Below are positions 36,044 to 51,034 of a DNA stretch of 64,000 bases, piece by piece. Every line of letters starts with the position of its first letter. The first letter of the stretch is position 1. The stretch is from assembly GCA_030141605.1 (NCBI GenBank), contig JAQGDQ010000160.1, positions 186,001-250,000 on the forward strand. Reading direction: 5' to 3'. The notes under the pieces were generated by a model. The model was not told where the DNA came from, did no database searches, and saw only the letters and a list, made by a program, of their open reading frames with translations. The position numbers were made by a program, and so were the translations under genes. The stretch is from Tubiluchus corallicola (lineage: Eukaryota; Animalia; Priapulida).

Positions 36044-39000
36044 ATGGCAGCGGCTGTAAAAAGGCACATGTTTTTGAGAAATTCTTATAAATATTGCAAT
36101 TTCAAGCAAAATTTGTGTAAAAAAGGTGTGACTGTGCAATCGAAACTACATGCGTTGTATTTTCAAAAGAGACCGTACTATCAAGGTGTGTACTTCTTAT
36201 TTGTTTGTGTCAGAAGTATTGGCACTACTGCCGTACTGGGCGCTACAGAATATCAGACCATTAAAATAGACATTGAGTAATGTTGGTGTGACCGACTTAT
36301 TCCTCTGATTACATCCGAGCTGCCAAAAGGGAATGAACAAAATTATTTCCCACTATGTCGTAACATGCTTTTTGTAAACTGCAGTGCAGTGTATATTTCA
36401 TGTGTGTCTTCACTACAAAATCTTTTTTAACTTAAAGTCTTAGGACCAACACTAACCTTGTCCCCATCCTTTTATAATATTTATGTACCCAATTTCATTG
36501 CGTCATTGATTACGCTTAGTCTTCCCTTCAACGTCACTTTATTAATCAACTAAAAATTAATCTAATTACTTAGAATCGCACTATTTATGTGATTGATTTT
36601 CTTTTTGTCATCCATTGGCACGGTGGTGGGCACAACCTTCGTACTTATTGGAATACCATTACCAAATAATTTTACTGTTTACTTTTACTCATGTGTAAAA
36701 TGTATATATTTATTTTTGTGTCTAATAAATAATAATAAACTGGAAATACTTCATTCGGTTGGCAAGCTTTACGGGAAAAATTTTGGTTAGCCTTATGCAG
36801 TGATTTAGTGGTTGAGGCATCTGCAATGAAAGTAAACAATAGGTGACTCAAATCCAGATGGTTTCAATTTTTTCAATTTTTCTGTCTTTCCAGTTTGGTG
36901 TTAAAATGGTGTCAAAATTTAATGTCATTAAAATGGCTATAAAATTAATTGTCATGTTACCACGCTTAGTCAAAGCTAAATGGAACTTAATGAACCATTT
37001 TGTGAAATGCTTGTTTTGTTGGACAGTGCCTGGAATGAGGCAAAATGTTAGTATGTGCTCTACAAGGCTTTTCCGTAAGTAGATAGCTATCTTCTAGGCA
37101 GTATCGACAAAATGTATTTTCAGATCATGTAACTTCAAACTGTAAATGAATTCATCATTTTTTCTATCAGCATCATCCTTTAAATCTTAAGTAATGAGCT
37201 TAATGTTATCCATCCAGATTAAAGTAGCATTGCCGTGCAGTAAAGTTGGATCTGGCTTATTGAATTCTCCTGATTTTCGGAATCTAATTTCATTTGCTTA
37301 CATAATTTTACATGCATAATTTTGGTACCTTAAACATTAACCAAATTAATCTCAAATTCTTTAGTGTACTCAGCATGTATTAGAAGCATTCTTTGTAAAA
37401 TTCTGACATATGGAGCCAATAGTGTCAAATCGTCTGCATGGCTGATAGATCCAACATATACCTGACTTTACACTCATAGTCTGATTAACTGAATAAACCC
37501 CTTTGACTTAATTAACATACCATCAATATCCAGGCCAAATGACCTTATAAAGTATATGACATTATCTACTGTTCTGTCTCTGCTATTGAAAAATAGTTTC
37601 AGAACTTTTGCACTGTCTGTGTAACTGCCCGATTGAATTTACTCTTATTGGACAGATTAATGATCGGCAGGCATTGTTGGGTCGTCCTGTTTTGGCATTT
37701 AGTGAACAATGGACGGTGTGCTGGCAGGTGCTAGAACACGCATTTACGAGATTGCCGTGAGGTTTATGAGGTTATTGTATGAGGCTCTCAAGTTAATTAA
37801 CATGTTTCGTTAACAGAGATACACATTAATGTCGTAAACTTTACTTTGAGTGTTGCCTTACGTAGTCTCCGTTAAATTTTCCATCACATTATTAATTACA
37901 TTACTTACATTACGTAATCACATTACGAGTGGTAAACCTGCGTTTTCTATCATTAGCTAAAATTACATTACTGTATATTAACACTGACTCCATCCAACGC
38001 TTAATTAATGTGTTAAAATGTCTGAAAGTAAACCATTTGTTTTAGTGTCACATGACTTTCTCTCAACTGATATTAAACTCATGCCTTTATTGAGCTATCT
38101 ATAATAGCGGTGGCGTAGCTTTTAAGAATAATACAATTTGATAGTTTCCGTAATGTACTGCTATTTTTATAACTTGTATTAATGCAAGCCAAATAGTTTG
38201 ATATGATTTATATACAATTACGATGTATTACAATTAAGCTAAGCAAATGACCAGTTGGTTCATTTTTTATTGCATTATGTGTTTAATGTAAGCTATGCTG
38301 CACAGTTGGACATACTATACCCTTAAAATTTCATTTATCATGCCATTTCCAAAACCTGTCTGTGTGTGTGTATTGTAAATTCATGTGTTTATGTGTATCT
38401 GCTGTAGGATTTTTGCATCAAACCTTAAAAGTTTGTTACTTGAAATGCACTTGAGTTTTTCGGGGTTAGTAGCCAATTGTGTGACCAAAAATTTATATGG
38501 CTGTAGCCACTTTACTACTATGGCAACAAAATGAAGTTAATTTGTTTATTTCTATTTTCTCTACTATATAGTTTTTCCTAACTTGGATTTAACAAAGACT
38601 TTAGCTCATTGCTGTGCTGTGACAAAACGTTTTTATGGAAGTGACACAAAAGTTGCAACCGAAGATTATCACACTATCATATCTGATAAAGAGAAGGAAA
38701 CAGGTTAGAATGTTAGAATTTCTATATCAATGTACATATATTTTATGTTTAGTATTTCATGTGCAAAATATATATGTATAAATATTTTCCATTTAAAGGC
38801 AGGGTCTACTTCTTTTGTTTAGTGTAATTCAATCGAACCTAATGAGCCCGTACCTCTATTCTGTTTTACCATTAGAGACCTTATTTTAAGTGCTATAATG
38901 TTGTGTCCATATCACTTGTGTACGATAAGACAATAACATGAGCTTACTTTCATTCTTTAAAGGCCCACGTGACAAGCATGAGTTTCAAGCAGAAACACGA

Positions 39001-42000
39001 ATGCTGCTCGATATTGTAGCAAAGTCCCTTTATTCGGAGCGTGAAGTTTTTATTCGTGAGTTAATATCAAATGCTAACGATGCTCTCGAGAGGCTACGAT
39101 ATCAACAGATTATGGGAGTTATTGGTGCTGAATTGGGGGCGCCACTGGAAATACACATAGAAGTTGATAAAGACAAGAAAACTTTGACTATACAGGTAAA
39201 ACACCTGAATGGCAGCATAGTTTAAATTTCTACAACGTTTTCATTAAACATGGTCAAATCTATTAATTTTCTTTAACAGTTTTCATAACAGGTAAGCCTT
39301 AGCTATTCTTTTGTAGATACAAAAGCAAATTCATTTTTTTAAAACGTTTTGTGCCTTTTAGTAATTTCAACTTAGTATTTCCATTATGTGCTTGTTTTGG
39401 CACGTTTATGTAACTGTTATTGTTTGATGTTACCAGGATACAGGATTGGGCATGACAAAGCAGGAAATGATTGACAATTTGGGCACTATAGCTCGCTCTG
39501 GTTCAAAGGTATTTACTTCTTGTAAAATATCTTAAATATTAAATATGAGTTGTTATATGAAAACTACAATTTCATTGAACTAGCTCAAAGATATTTGCTT
39601 CGTGTGCCTCTTATACCAAAACAATATATTGTTTTGTACAAAAGTGTAACGCAGAACCTTTACATAATACATGCAAAATTTGCATTCGGGTCCTGCCTGA
39701 ATAGGATCGTGTACATGCTAGATACTTCTGCGTGTCTTAAATATGGTAAAACTTCGTATGTTTTTAGGAAATTTTTTCAACCTTGCAGGATTTTCGTGCA
39801 ACACTTGTGTTATTTGTCCAATGCAATTAAGCCAACTATCTAGCCCTGTAAACTTTCTAAACTTTACAAAATTACAATATAATTGAGTTGCACTAGTGAA
39901 ATTTGTTTCATTTTAGCTTTACTTCAGGGAATATTTAGAAAAGCTTACCACACTCACAGAAAACTTTTATTTAAGTCTGCAAGAAACCCTAGTCCTTTAG
40001 GCCTAGTGCAATATATTTCGTGATATAAATTTATGTGAATCACAACTGGTAATGCTTAACTTTGGATGAATGAGCTGGTTTTCAAGTAAGATGCTGGCAT
40101 TTGCAGTGCACTTTTAAAATATAGTACCACTACAAAAAATCATTGCGCTTGCCCAAGTCATTCATATATTGTCAGCACTAAAGTAAATGATGCATTACAA
40201 TATTATTCGTATTTTACTATTTTCTGCCATGTGATAAACTGGTCATTGGTCAAACATGAAACACGTTTATTTGCTTTAAAAAATAATTTTCTAAAATTGA
40301 TGTCACTAAGCAGCAAGTTTTCACTTTTGGGTTGAACACATTTTTCAAGTGAAGATTCACAAATAACAATGACCAGCAAAGCCTTGCTTCATCCTTACCA
40401 AAGATCATTACATCTACAAGTACAAAGTAACTAGGCAAATTGTGGCAAAACCTGTAGAAGCCTGCAGCCCCTATGAAAATGCAATACGCTATGCAGACAT
40501 TAACTGTCAACTGCAAGAATTATATGTAGTGGTATTGTGCTTTTACAGTAGTACTTAACAAAGTAGTGAAATTACAAATAGCCTCATAATTTTTAGGTAC
40601 TACTCCAGTTCTACTAATTTTAGTTGTGGCGCTACTGCCCAACACTACTTCTTGTTGTACATATGTGCTTGTTGACGTAGAGTGATTGAAATGAGCCATT
40701 GAGATGTTATACTTACTGATTGCCACCATTTCTGAGTTTGTATACGAGTATTTCTTATGTGAGTTCTGCCCTCTGTAACCTGGAATAAATCATTCAGTGG
40801 CGGAGCTTGTTGTTGAAATGGAACCTTGCTCATTATCAAGAGTGTGCTTCTAAACTTTCAGTAAGATCCGATAAACCTACTGATCCAATAGACGTATCCT
40901 GACTACATTCAGATGTACATCCTCCTTTTATAAGGTAAACAGCTAGAATAAGCATGGCAACTGGAACTTCCCAGATTGTGTAACAGATCACTCTAGTTAC
41001 TCACCAGCCTCGTGCCATTCTTAATTTGGTCACTAGTCACAATGCTGTTGCCGTTCGGCTAGTCAGCTTTGTTCTCCAAACATAGAAACTGATCAGTATT
41101 TAAATTTGTGTGCTGCAAATCTTGTCCAAAAAATGGATAAATTATCTAATGGCTTTCAAATTGACAACAATGTACTTTCTGCAGAGTTTTTTGCAAGAAC
41201 TGCAAGCCAAAGGTGAGATGGCATCTAATATTATCGGGCAGTTTGGTGTTGGTTTTTATGCTGCTTTCATGGTTGCCAGCAATGTTGACGTGTTTTCACT
41301 TTCTCATAAAGCTAGTTCAAAGGGTCATCACTGGACATCTGATGGGTATGCTTACGTTATTCTAAATCTGCCGTAAATTGAAATGTCTAAACTATTTAAA
41401 TTAATTAACAATAAAGAAAGTACGATATGTCTTCGCTTTTTTATTTTTAAATGCCCTTCTGTTTGTGAGTAAGATAACTTTCTTGAAGAATTAGTAATGT
41501 GTGATGTAACTAAACTATTATGACTTTATTAATATCAATGGCTTTTTTGACAGAACTGGATCTTTTGAAATTGCCGAAGCAGATGGAATTGAGAGAGGCA
41601 CAAAGATAGTAATTCATTTGAAACCAGACTGTGTAGAATTTGCTGATGAGGATCGTGTCAAAAGTATTTAAATACATCCGCTTTGGTTTCAGTTTTTTTA
41701 CATTTTCATTAAGCTTGTTGTTTGTCACGGCACGAATTAACTGAACAATAATTGTAATCAGGGTAACGTGTCTAAGCTGTATGTATAGGATTTTATTGGT
41801 ATGTAAGTACAGTAATCACAGCTTCTATTTACTCCATCATGTTTTTGGGCAAAAGAGTTAAGACATGCTGTCATTTTTCAGATATCATTAAAAAGTATAG
41901 TAACTTTGTTGGTGCTCCAATTTACTTTAACGGCAAAAAAGTGAATCAAGTTGAGGTGAGTAAAATTATGCAACAATTTACAACTTCCATGTTATTTTAT

Positions 42001-45000
42001 ATGCTTGGGAATTTTAATATCATTATAATTAATACCTTTATAAAATGTCAAATATTTCGTGTGTTATTTAAAGGACAAGAAAAGGGGTACCAGAAGTAGG
42101 TTTTGGAAAAATCGCTTTAAAAAATTATAATACTTCACAGCATTTTTATGCATATATCGTACTTGTGTTAAAAGGGATTTTTGTTTGTTTTCATTTTAAA
42201 TTTCTTGCAATACTTTTCCGAAGTTGCCATTACATGACGTCAGCTACTCAAATGTAAATCAGGGGAAGAAGAGGCAATGTTAAATTATGTCTCAAAAAGC
42301 TTTCCATGCAAATCTACGTTACTTACATTTCGCTTACTTGCTGGAAAAACTTGTGTAACTAGCAATAATAATTTAAAATATTCGTGCCAATTTGGTAAAA
42401 TGTCTCTGGTTCACCCTCCAGGGTGCTCCACTTACTAAACAAAAACATATTTTTAATCTTATTGACAAGATACAGTAATTTGAAATTTTACTTAGTTAAT
42501 AATATGCATGCTATGCATACTCTGACAAACGTGTTTCAAATGACCTACCATTAAAATGGCTGCGCTTAACAGTCATCGTGGGAATTTAAACTTACAAGTT
42601 TTATACAGCGTTACTGCCGATGCAAGCCTTCTGTGCAAAAAGGCAGCGTGTGAGTGGTATAAAATTTCAAGATGAATTTTTTAAGGTTTTTGTAAGTACA
42701 GGGTTTTTGTGCTTTACTATTTGTGTTTTTGTGTTTATTACTATTACTAACACGGGCAGGTACTAGTCATTTGGATTTTCTGTACATCGCATTGTAAAAA
42801 CAAGCAGTGTGCACAATTCCGATTTATAAGGCAACCTTTAGTGGCTAATTGGAAAACTTCTATAGTTTTGCTTTCGTGTATTTAAATATCCAACTTTATT
42901 ATGTTGCCTCACCAATTGTTGCTTAGTGTTTATTTTGTGTTTCTTTATGAGTTCAACAAAATAGCGAAGACTTTCAATTTATGAATGCAGGCTCTGTGGA
43001 TGATGGCAGACCCGGACATCACCCAAGACATGCATGACGAGTTTTATCGATTCATAAGTGGGGCATATGATCGTCCTCGATACTCACTGCATTACAAAAC
43101 TGATGCACCTCTGAATATTCGAGCTGTTTTCTACGTTCCTGAAACTAAACCTTCCATGTTTGAAATGAGCCGCGAAGGAGGAAGTGGTGTTTCACTTTAC
43201 TGCAAGAAGGTACGAGCAATGTTTCCATTTTACTTTGAAGTTTTTATCAGTTGACTGGGTTACCAGAATGTGTAGTAGACAATAGGTTCATAACCAACTG
43301 GTTCAAACTTGTTGATTAATTCATGTAGCTATTAGTTAGTATCTGAAAGTAAAAGAAACGGAAAAATGAGATTTTTGTTAGCTCCTATCATTTGTGCCAG
43401 TTTAGTCATTTTTTGGCAGTTTGTTTGTTCCAATCTGGACTATTTAAAACAATTTATCTTACTAATTTATCAAACTTATCGAGTGCTGGGTTGTTTGCTC
43501 AGTGTTCAAAACTTTTAAAAGGACATTCTTAAGACATTTTAAATTATAAGAACTGTTTTTCCCAATTCTTGTTTACTTTTATTTGGAAGTTCATTTAACC
43601 TCTACATGACTTTATGCCTTTTCCACTTGCGAACTCTAACATCATTTACACCATATGCTTATACAACGAATACTCGCTCGATTTCATTGAGATTGAAAAA
43701 GTCACTGGCATCATTTGTTTATTAATTGATTCTTTATTTTGGTAGTTTAGCTGTGGTGGAAGCTTTGACATTTTGTGATTTGTATTCTCAGGTGCTGATT
43801 CAGGACAAAGCTGAGCAAATTCTACCTAAATGGCTCCGTTTCATGAAAGGTGTAGTGGATAGTGAAGACATTCCCTTAAATCTGAGTAGAGAATTGCTAC
43901 AAAATAGTGCCTTGATTAGGTGACTGTACTTGTAATTTAGTATAACTAAATTAATTTAATTTTTTTTACACCAAGCATTTTCTTTGTTAGTGCTTAAGTT
44001 AGTAAAGAAAGCATGAAATTATTAATGGAAAAATTTTTGTACACACAAACGAAGTAATAACGTGAAAACTTTAATTGCTTAGAGTTACTGACAAGTAGGT
44101 AAAGTGCTGTGAATAGCAGAAAAAACTTTCATGAGTTTGATGATGATGTTATTTAAACTTAATTGAAATAAACTTTATTTTTTCAGATATAAAATTGTTT
44201 GAAATAGTGCCTTATCGGCTTTGGCAAGTGCTAGAACGGTTGTCAAAACATGAAGAGCTTTTCAGGAAATACCTTCTATTAGGGTATTCCTGGGTCCACC
44301 CAGATGAAATGCTTGTATTTCAACACACTTTGAAATTCATTAGTACTTCAGCAGTATTAATGGAAAACTTTAAAAAAGTGTATGTTTTATAATGCTTTGC
44401 TTGAGCTTTTTTAACGATGAGTAAACTGAGTTTATCGTGAAATAATTAGTTTGACTTCTTTTGCTAAATTACATAATAATCTGCCATTTTATTTCAGCAA
44501 ATTGAAGCTCATCCTGACTAATCGGTTAACGCGCTATTTTCAAGATCAGGCAAAAAAGGATCCAGCGAAGTTTGACATCTTTTACAGAGATTTTGGTCTG
44601 TTCTTTCGAGAAGGAATAATTATGACAGCTGACCAAGGTGAAAAGGTATCAAGCACCTTATTTTAGTTTTTCTGCCTGATTTAATATCAGTGACTCACTG
44701 TACTGGTTGTTTTTTTTCTTTTTGGAAAATGCTGTGATTATTTAGTCTATAACATTTCATGAGAGTGGAGTAAAGGAACACTAGCTTATAATTTTACTTC
44801 ATTATTGCCAGTATATGTCGGTTTATCTGAAAAATGGTTTGTTCGGGTTCTTTATACTTTCTTGAACTGTCTTTGACTTGCTTTTGTAGGAAGATATTGC
44901 TAAACTATTACGATTTGAATCTTCAAAGAAGACTGCAGGTGATAAAGTTAGTCTTATGGAATATGGAGAAAGAATGTCTCCAGGACAAAGAGATATCTAC

Positions 45001-48000
45001 TACCTCGCTGCACCAAGGTACAATTTGGAAATGTTATTGCTCTTCATATTTATTTTTTTTTTATTTTTTGTTTTTATCCCTGTGAAGAGTGATAATGGAT
45101 TTATTCTAAAGTCATGTAAATTCCATTATTCAAATATAGAACAAATTTCATGCATGCTCATAATATTGAGGCTTATTTATAAAAATGACGAATGACGTCC
45201 AGTGTTTGCAATTTCTCAGCGATGACCGACTGATCGAGTTCCCGCCAAGATCGCAACTGATAAGCAGTTGATAAATACCCAGACTGACTTGTAGAAATTG
45301 ACCAAAAATAGCACAGCACCCAGCATATATTACAACAGCATTATAGCCGGAGCCGACAGTGTGAGGTCTATTAGGTCTATACAATTTAAGAGCTGAAAAT
45401 CTGTATTGTTTAGATTAAATTAAACTTTGCTCACTAGTTTTATTGGTAGGTTATATACTTGTCACTGGTACAAATACATGTAATAATACATGAAATTGTG
45501 TAATAATTAAAATTATTCTGTGAGTTCTCTGACGACTTGTAGTACCATCTTGAAAAGCCCAAACAGCAATGAGCTAATTTGACATTTTAGCGTGAAATTT
45601 TTTTGCGAACTGAGAAAAACTTTTGCGAACTTTGACAACATCAGAAACTCATTTGCTTGCTTCGCAGCAGCCAGCAGGACTTTTGTCACCAGCTGTCTTA
45701 ACATAATGATCTCAAAACATCACTTAGTATTCTACATTGGTCTCTGTTTTTGCCAGTGTAAGTCTTACTAATGTTATGGAATGTTACTATGGTAATGTTT
45801 TGTATTGCAGTCGTGAGCTTGCAGAGAATTCCCCATATTTCGAATCTTTGAAGAAGCGCGATGTTGAGGTGCTGTTCTGCTACGAACCGTATGACGAACT
45901 GGTCCTCATGCAACTGAGACAGTTTGATAAGAAGAACCTGGTGTCTGTTGAAAAGGAAATGACAGAGAGCAAAGATGAAAGCAAAGGAACTGGAGATGGT
46001 ATATGTGCTTGTGTTCAGTTACGGCACATGTGTGTCTATAGTAATAGAGTATTTATGAAGTAGTGACAACCTGTTTCTGGAAAATAGTTAGTTATGATAA
46101 TGCTTTCCTGCCATTCCTTGATGTTGACTTTTACAACTATATTCATATGATGACTTCTTATACTTTAATGTTTAAACTGCTGAAAAAGTAGTGTTACACA
46201 GTTTTTTGGGCTTATCATCACCTGCAGCTACTCAATAATATTATTCATTAAAGAGTTGTGCATGTGTTTGCCCCCCCCCTTTAATGAATTTCACAGCATC
46301 CTTTCTGTGACAATGCCTTCAATTAAACAGTTACGCTTGGAATGAAACTCTCTTGTTAAGGGCAGATGGCTGACGTAGTAACCCTTTTGCTCTGCCTTTT
46401 CTTGCGGCATCATATTATTGCATCTGTTATACTTTCGTTTCACAGTGACAATTCACACTACGTGGACAGAACAGATTGAGTTGAAATTTCCCTGTAGTTC
46501 ACCGGGAGTAAGTCTTTTCACAGTTCTCCCTATTGGTGATGATTGTGAAAAGGTCAAAAGTGTTAATGTGGATTAGCAACCGGTTTATGTACATTGACGG
46601 AGCCACCTGCTTTCTTGTTGTTGTTGTTGTTGTTGTTGTGAAGGGACATTTGTTTATACCTTTTGGTTTTGCTGTTTTCTTATGTTACTTTGGCTAACAG
46701 TATTAAGTTAAGTTCACATGTTTATTGGTCAACAATTATGAACCTACTTTATACTGAAATTATGTATGCAAACTTGCATTGCATAGTGTGCTGTTCAAAT
46801 TTCAACAGTGTTTCCAAATGTAATCACATGCTTATAGTTGTATAAGGGTATGAGGTTGGTAGGTACCATGCTAAGGTACCAATAATCTTTGACACAATAC
46901 TCTAAACTGCAACTGTTTGTGCAACTAGAGAAACTCTGAAGAGGCTTATTTAGTTCAAGAATCAAGTGAAAGTTTTAATGGCATAATGGTCTGTGACATT
47001 AACACACATCTTTGCTTAGTCAAGGACTAGTCGTTGCTGTCATTTTTTACCAGTCTGCCTTGTGTGTCATTGACTTCTTTATTCTACTTTAGATGCAGAA
47101 GGATTATCTCAGTCCGACACTGACCTACTGTGCAAGTGGTTAAAAGGAACATTGGGATCAAAAGTAGTGAATGTGAAGGTATCATTTTATTATCATTTTA
47201 ATGATTTGTTTATATAGCGAACAGCTTGTGCGCTTCTGCATTAAGGCTGCTTGTTGCGTCATCCTGTTGCTTTAACTGGTGATGCTGTAAACTCGAAAAA
47301 AGTACGAACTAAATTTTTGTGAATTGAGCCTCAAAGCCTTGTTTGCGAAATGATCTTTCTGTGACGTACATTATAAAGGGTTAAAATTTTTCACTTCATC
47401 TCACAGCAAAGCACATTGTCAAGTAATGCACTATGTTATTAATAATATTTAGAACAGACTGCATCTTTACCAGCACTTACTGCTGCATTAGCGGGTGGAT
47501 ATTACTACTGGTATTAGAGCCAGTAGTGAGTTAAATTCTAGCACACTTTGTGCTCCTGTAATTTTTTCCATCAGGCCTTCTTCAATGAATCCAAATGTCA
47601 CAAACATTTCCAGCATGCACTAATTTTATTGTTTACAGCATCTAATTTTTTAAATGCCTGTCAATGTACCGACAAACATATTAAAAATACATGTTTTAGT
47701 GTAATACAAAATGGAAAACTGTGAAATTTTAATCAGTGCATTGCTTTTAGGTAACCAACAAACTGTCTAGTCACCCATGTGTGGTGACCGTTGCAGAAAT
47801 GGGAGCTGCTCGACATTTTGTACGCACAGCTTTTCAGGGAATACCAGAAGACCAGCGATACACAATTTTGCAACCTACGCTTGAAGTTAATCCTAGGTCA
47901 GTGTAACTCAGTGGACTCTAATTGATGGTCTCTTTTCCTGGTTTTAAGTTCAAATTTTGTTAATGCTGTGACATGCAATTTAAATTATGTTATTAGTTAT

Positions 48001-49141
48001 CATTGATAATATATTGACGTATATGCGATACGCTGTAGAAACTTAAGTATTAAAATACACTCAAATGGTAATTACATTTATATGCGACAGTATGACTTTA
48101 TTATTTAGTTCATGAACATTACGTGTAAGTCACATTTAGAATCAGCTCTTAAGAATGAATGATACATCTCATTAATAATTTTTTTGGTATGTCACATTAA
48201 AACTTGATCAACTAATTATAGTTCTTCAGTTGAATTGCCATCACATTAGCCAACAACATATTTTCTATATTTCATTTCAGTCATCCGCTTATAAAGAAAC
48301 TGAATCAGCTAAGATCTACTGATTCAAGACTTGCAAAACTTACAGCAGAACAAGTAAGTTCTTGTGTCTTGTTCATATTTAGTTCAAAGCTCATTCCTTT
48401 TTGTGTGCAGTCAAGGCTAGCAAGTTTGCAGCTTGCCTTTAACTATATTGTAACAGACCTGAATGTCATTATCCATGTTTGTAGATTTGGATTAAAAAGC
48501 TGAAACCTTATGTGGCCATATTTAGTCATCACAAGTTTTTAAATGCTGACACGTCACTTAATATGAGACTGATCTTTTTACTATTATGTACCCCTTGTAA
48601 GCTGTTGTAGCATTAAGGTGGAGACCATTTTTTATGTTTAATAGTGCACAAGCAATTGCTAAATCACAAAACCTTACAGGAGTTTTTTATTAATAAAACT
48701 ATTTAATAAAGAACAAGGCTCAAATAAGTCATTGGTCTAAATGAAACTTGGACAAACCACCCTAACGTGTCAATGTGTTTTATTCAGAGTATTCTCAAGA
48801 TCGGCTGAATGCTGCAGTAAATTATACTCATCTGATTGGTAATCTATGAATTACAATATAAAGTACATAAGGTGCTATTCTATGTAGTATTCGGTGTGAA
48901 ATCAATCAAATTTGCAAAAAGTTGAGTATTAGTCGATTTTCAGTATAATTCTACTCCCCTCCTCCTAGCTATTTGCTTCTTTGTATTTACTTCCCAGCTA
49001 TCACTTTATCATTATATATATTGTTTGTCTTTTTTACAGATATTTGATAACTCCATGGTTGCTGCTGGCCTCATTGAAGACCCTCGTGTTATAGTACAAC
49101 GTTTGAATGACCTACTTACTCTTGCACTGGAAAAACACTAG
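36044..49141 (+). CDS. TRAP1: Mitochondrial HSP90 paralogue (HSP75), ~709 aa, 17 exons
   Basis: Exons 36044-36125, 37027-37074, 38572-38703, 38963-39195, 39437-39508, 41185-41345, 41554-41663, 41882-41955, 42991-43209, 43792-43919, 44498-44645, 44890-45017, 45811-45998, 47093-47178, 47751-47896, 48281-48353 and 49040-49141 give 2130 nt in frame. Motifs [75 protein letters not shown]; ends ALEKH with no MEEVD. The first two exons (basic, presequence-like) are less certain. Confidence 0.95.
36795..36866 (+). mobile_element. Decayed tRNA-derived SINE-like head
   Basis: A-box-like TGATTTAGTGG and B-box-like GACTCAAATCC at tRNA-like spacing; no intact cloverleaf. Confidence 0.3.
46613..46639. repeat. 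(TTG)n microsatellite
   Basis: ttgttgttgttgttgttgttgttg. Confidence 0.9.
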
Positions 49142-49597
49142 CCATATTGAACTATCGTAAAATCCAGTTGGGCGATTGTTGTTTTACAAGTGTCTGCTAA
49201 CATGTTTTATGCTGATACAAAATGATTACTTGTTTTATTGTATAGAATTGTGCCATTGTTTTTATAGTTATTTACCATTGAGCTTAATTATTTTCATTTA
49301 CTAATGTAGCACATTAGAACAGTGATTAAATTGTAGCAAATTACGTCAGATTTTTTGTGAAGTATTCTTTATTTATAACCACCGAATTTCATGTACACTA
49401 GTAAATTGCTAAATAATATTTTCATATGCCATATTTTGTGTTCTAGCCAGTAATATTAACACCTGCTACCATAATACTGTCTAAGTTACCTTGTACGATG
49501 GCATATAAAAACATTCAGGTAGTGTTTTTAAGGTGTGTTGGAACAAACCCATTATTTAGCTTTGAAATAAAACTGAAAAACAGGAAGTAAGGAGGGA

Positions 49598-49665
49598 ATG
49601 AAGCCTGGATTTGAAACGGGGATCTTCTGCTTATAAGACTTACACAATAACTACTAGATTAGTGT
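49598..49665 (-). mobile_element. Decayed tRNA-derived SINE-like head
   Basis: Minus strand has TAATCTAGTAGTT ... GTTTCAAATCCAGGC (A/B-box-like); no intact cloverleaf. Confidence 0.3.
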
Positions 49666-50961
49666 GTTCCCTAGAGATCATGACAGGTTCACTGTGTAAC
49701 TTTTATAAAATTATCCTCTTGTTGGCTATAGATGCAATAGTTTTTCCATGTTGCATTGGTATTTTAGCCGCATGAAATTGTAGTGTATTGGATGAAGCTT
49801 TGATTTGTAGCTATACATATCTGTTTTTGTATGCACTTTATTGAATTTAAACATTAGTATACATCTGAATAGAAACATAAAATCAGCAGGGAAGAATGAT
49901 TTGTGTTATTATTCAACTAAGGTTAATAGTAAAACAAATGTGGAATTGTGTGTCTTGTCCCTGTATATACATAATAAGTGTAAAGAATTTTTACATTCAC
50001 TAAGCAGATTGTCATGGCTTCTATGCTTACTTATATTGAGCAAATAAAGTCTATAACACCTAGAAAATTAATGTATAACTATTGGTCTGCATTATCTTTT
50101 TTTACTTATAAAAGCCTGATTCTATTTTTCACACTTGTTAAAGTGTTGATTCTTTGCATGCTTGTTAAAGTGCTGAATCTGGCTTCCTCAAGTTGAAAAT
50201 TTTATGTAGCACTGAATGAGAAATCTCGCGAAACTGGAGAGAGCGAATAATTGAATGGTTCGCATTCTGGATTAGACTTAAAGCAACAGTTAGCTAGATT
50301 TTTTTCAAGAATTGTCAAAACTAATTTTATTGGTGTGCAGATCTTAGGGAAATGGTAGATGTTAGACGACAGAAGAAACATGATGAATTAAATCTGCAAA
50401 CATCATGGAAGTTCTTTGCGGTTAGGCTGGTGTGACCTAACTAGCATAATGGATTCATCTTTACTAAGAACTAGCATAATTATACACTTTGTTGTGCACT
50501 ACTAAATCAGTACAGATGGGCACTCCTAAGCATTTTTCTTTGTCAAGTGTTTGAGAAATTGGCTAATCAGTAGAGTGCCAAATTTATAATTAGTTGGTTG
50601 TAGGTTAAATTTTCAGCGTCTCAATTTTTAGCAATAATTGTAGGTTGTGTTGGCGTTGCATATCAAAAATTAATACAGATAACTGTATTAACTATTTCAA
50701 TTGGCTTTGATCGAAGGAAACCAGGTAATTTTTAAAGTGGATAATTAAATTAACACACGCAGGAACCTAACCAAAATTTAGTGATTATAACTCAATGTTG
50801 AACAACAGGTAGTGGTCTGACAAGTGTGGTAACGAACAGTCACAAGAGAAGTAATACTATAAATTTATAACACGTGTATCAGAGTGCATTGCTATGGCAC
50901 TCAGTTTTCATGTTTCCATGCTTCATCAACACACAGCTGGTGCAACGCACGACAGCGTGCT

Positions 50962-51034
50962 GTCACGTGACTTAACTAAAGGTCAACGTCTCAAATACTT
51001 GAAAACGCGGGAAATTTGTGACTGATTTCGCGAA
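50962..51034 (+). promoter_or_regulatory. RRM1 proximal promoter: E-box plus two E2F-type sites
   Basis: GTCACGTGAC at 50962-50971, CGCGGGAAA (reverse complement TTTCCCGCG) at 51006-51014 and TTTCGCGAA at 51026-51034, about 85-160 bp upstream of the ATG. E2F control of ribonucleotide reductase genes is established in animals. Confidence 0.65.

Noticed and set aside
42068-48960. Further DNA-transposon relics in TRAP1 introns (TTAAAGG at ~42068, ~45190-45700, TTAAGG at ~48613)
   Set aside because: They look Kolobok-like, but no matching second TIR or TSD was found, so boundaries cannot be supported.
36795-49665. tRNA genes at ~36800 and ~49630
   Set aside because: Only degenerate A/B boxes are present, with no acceptor or anticodon stems; kept as low-confidence SINE relics.
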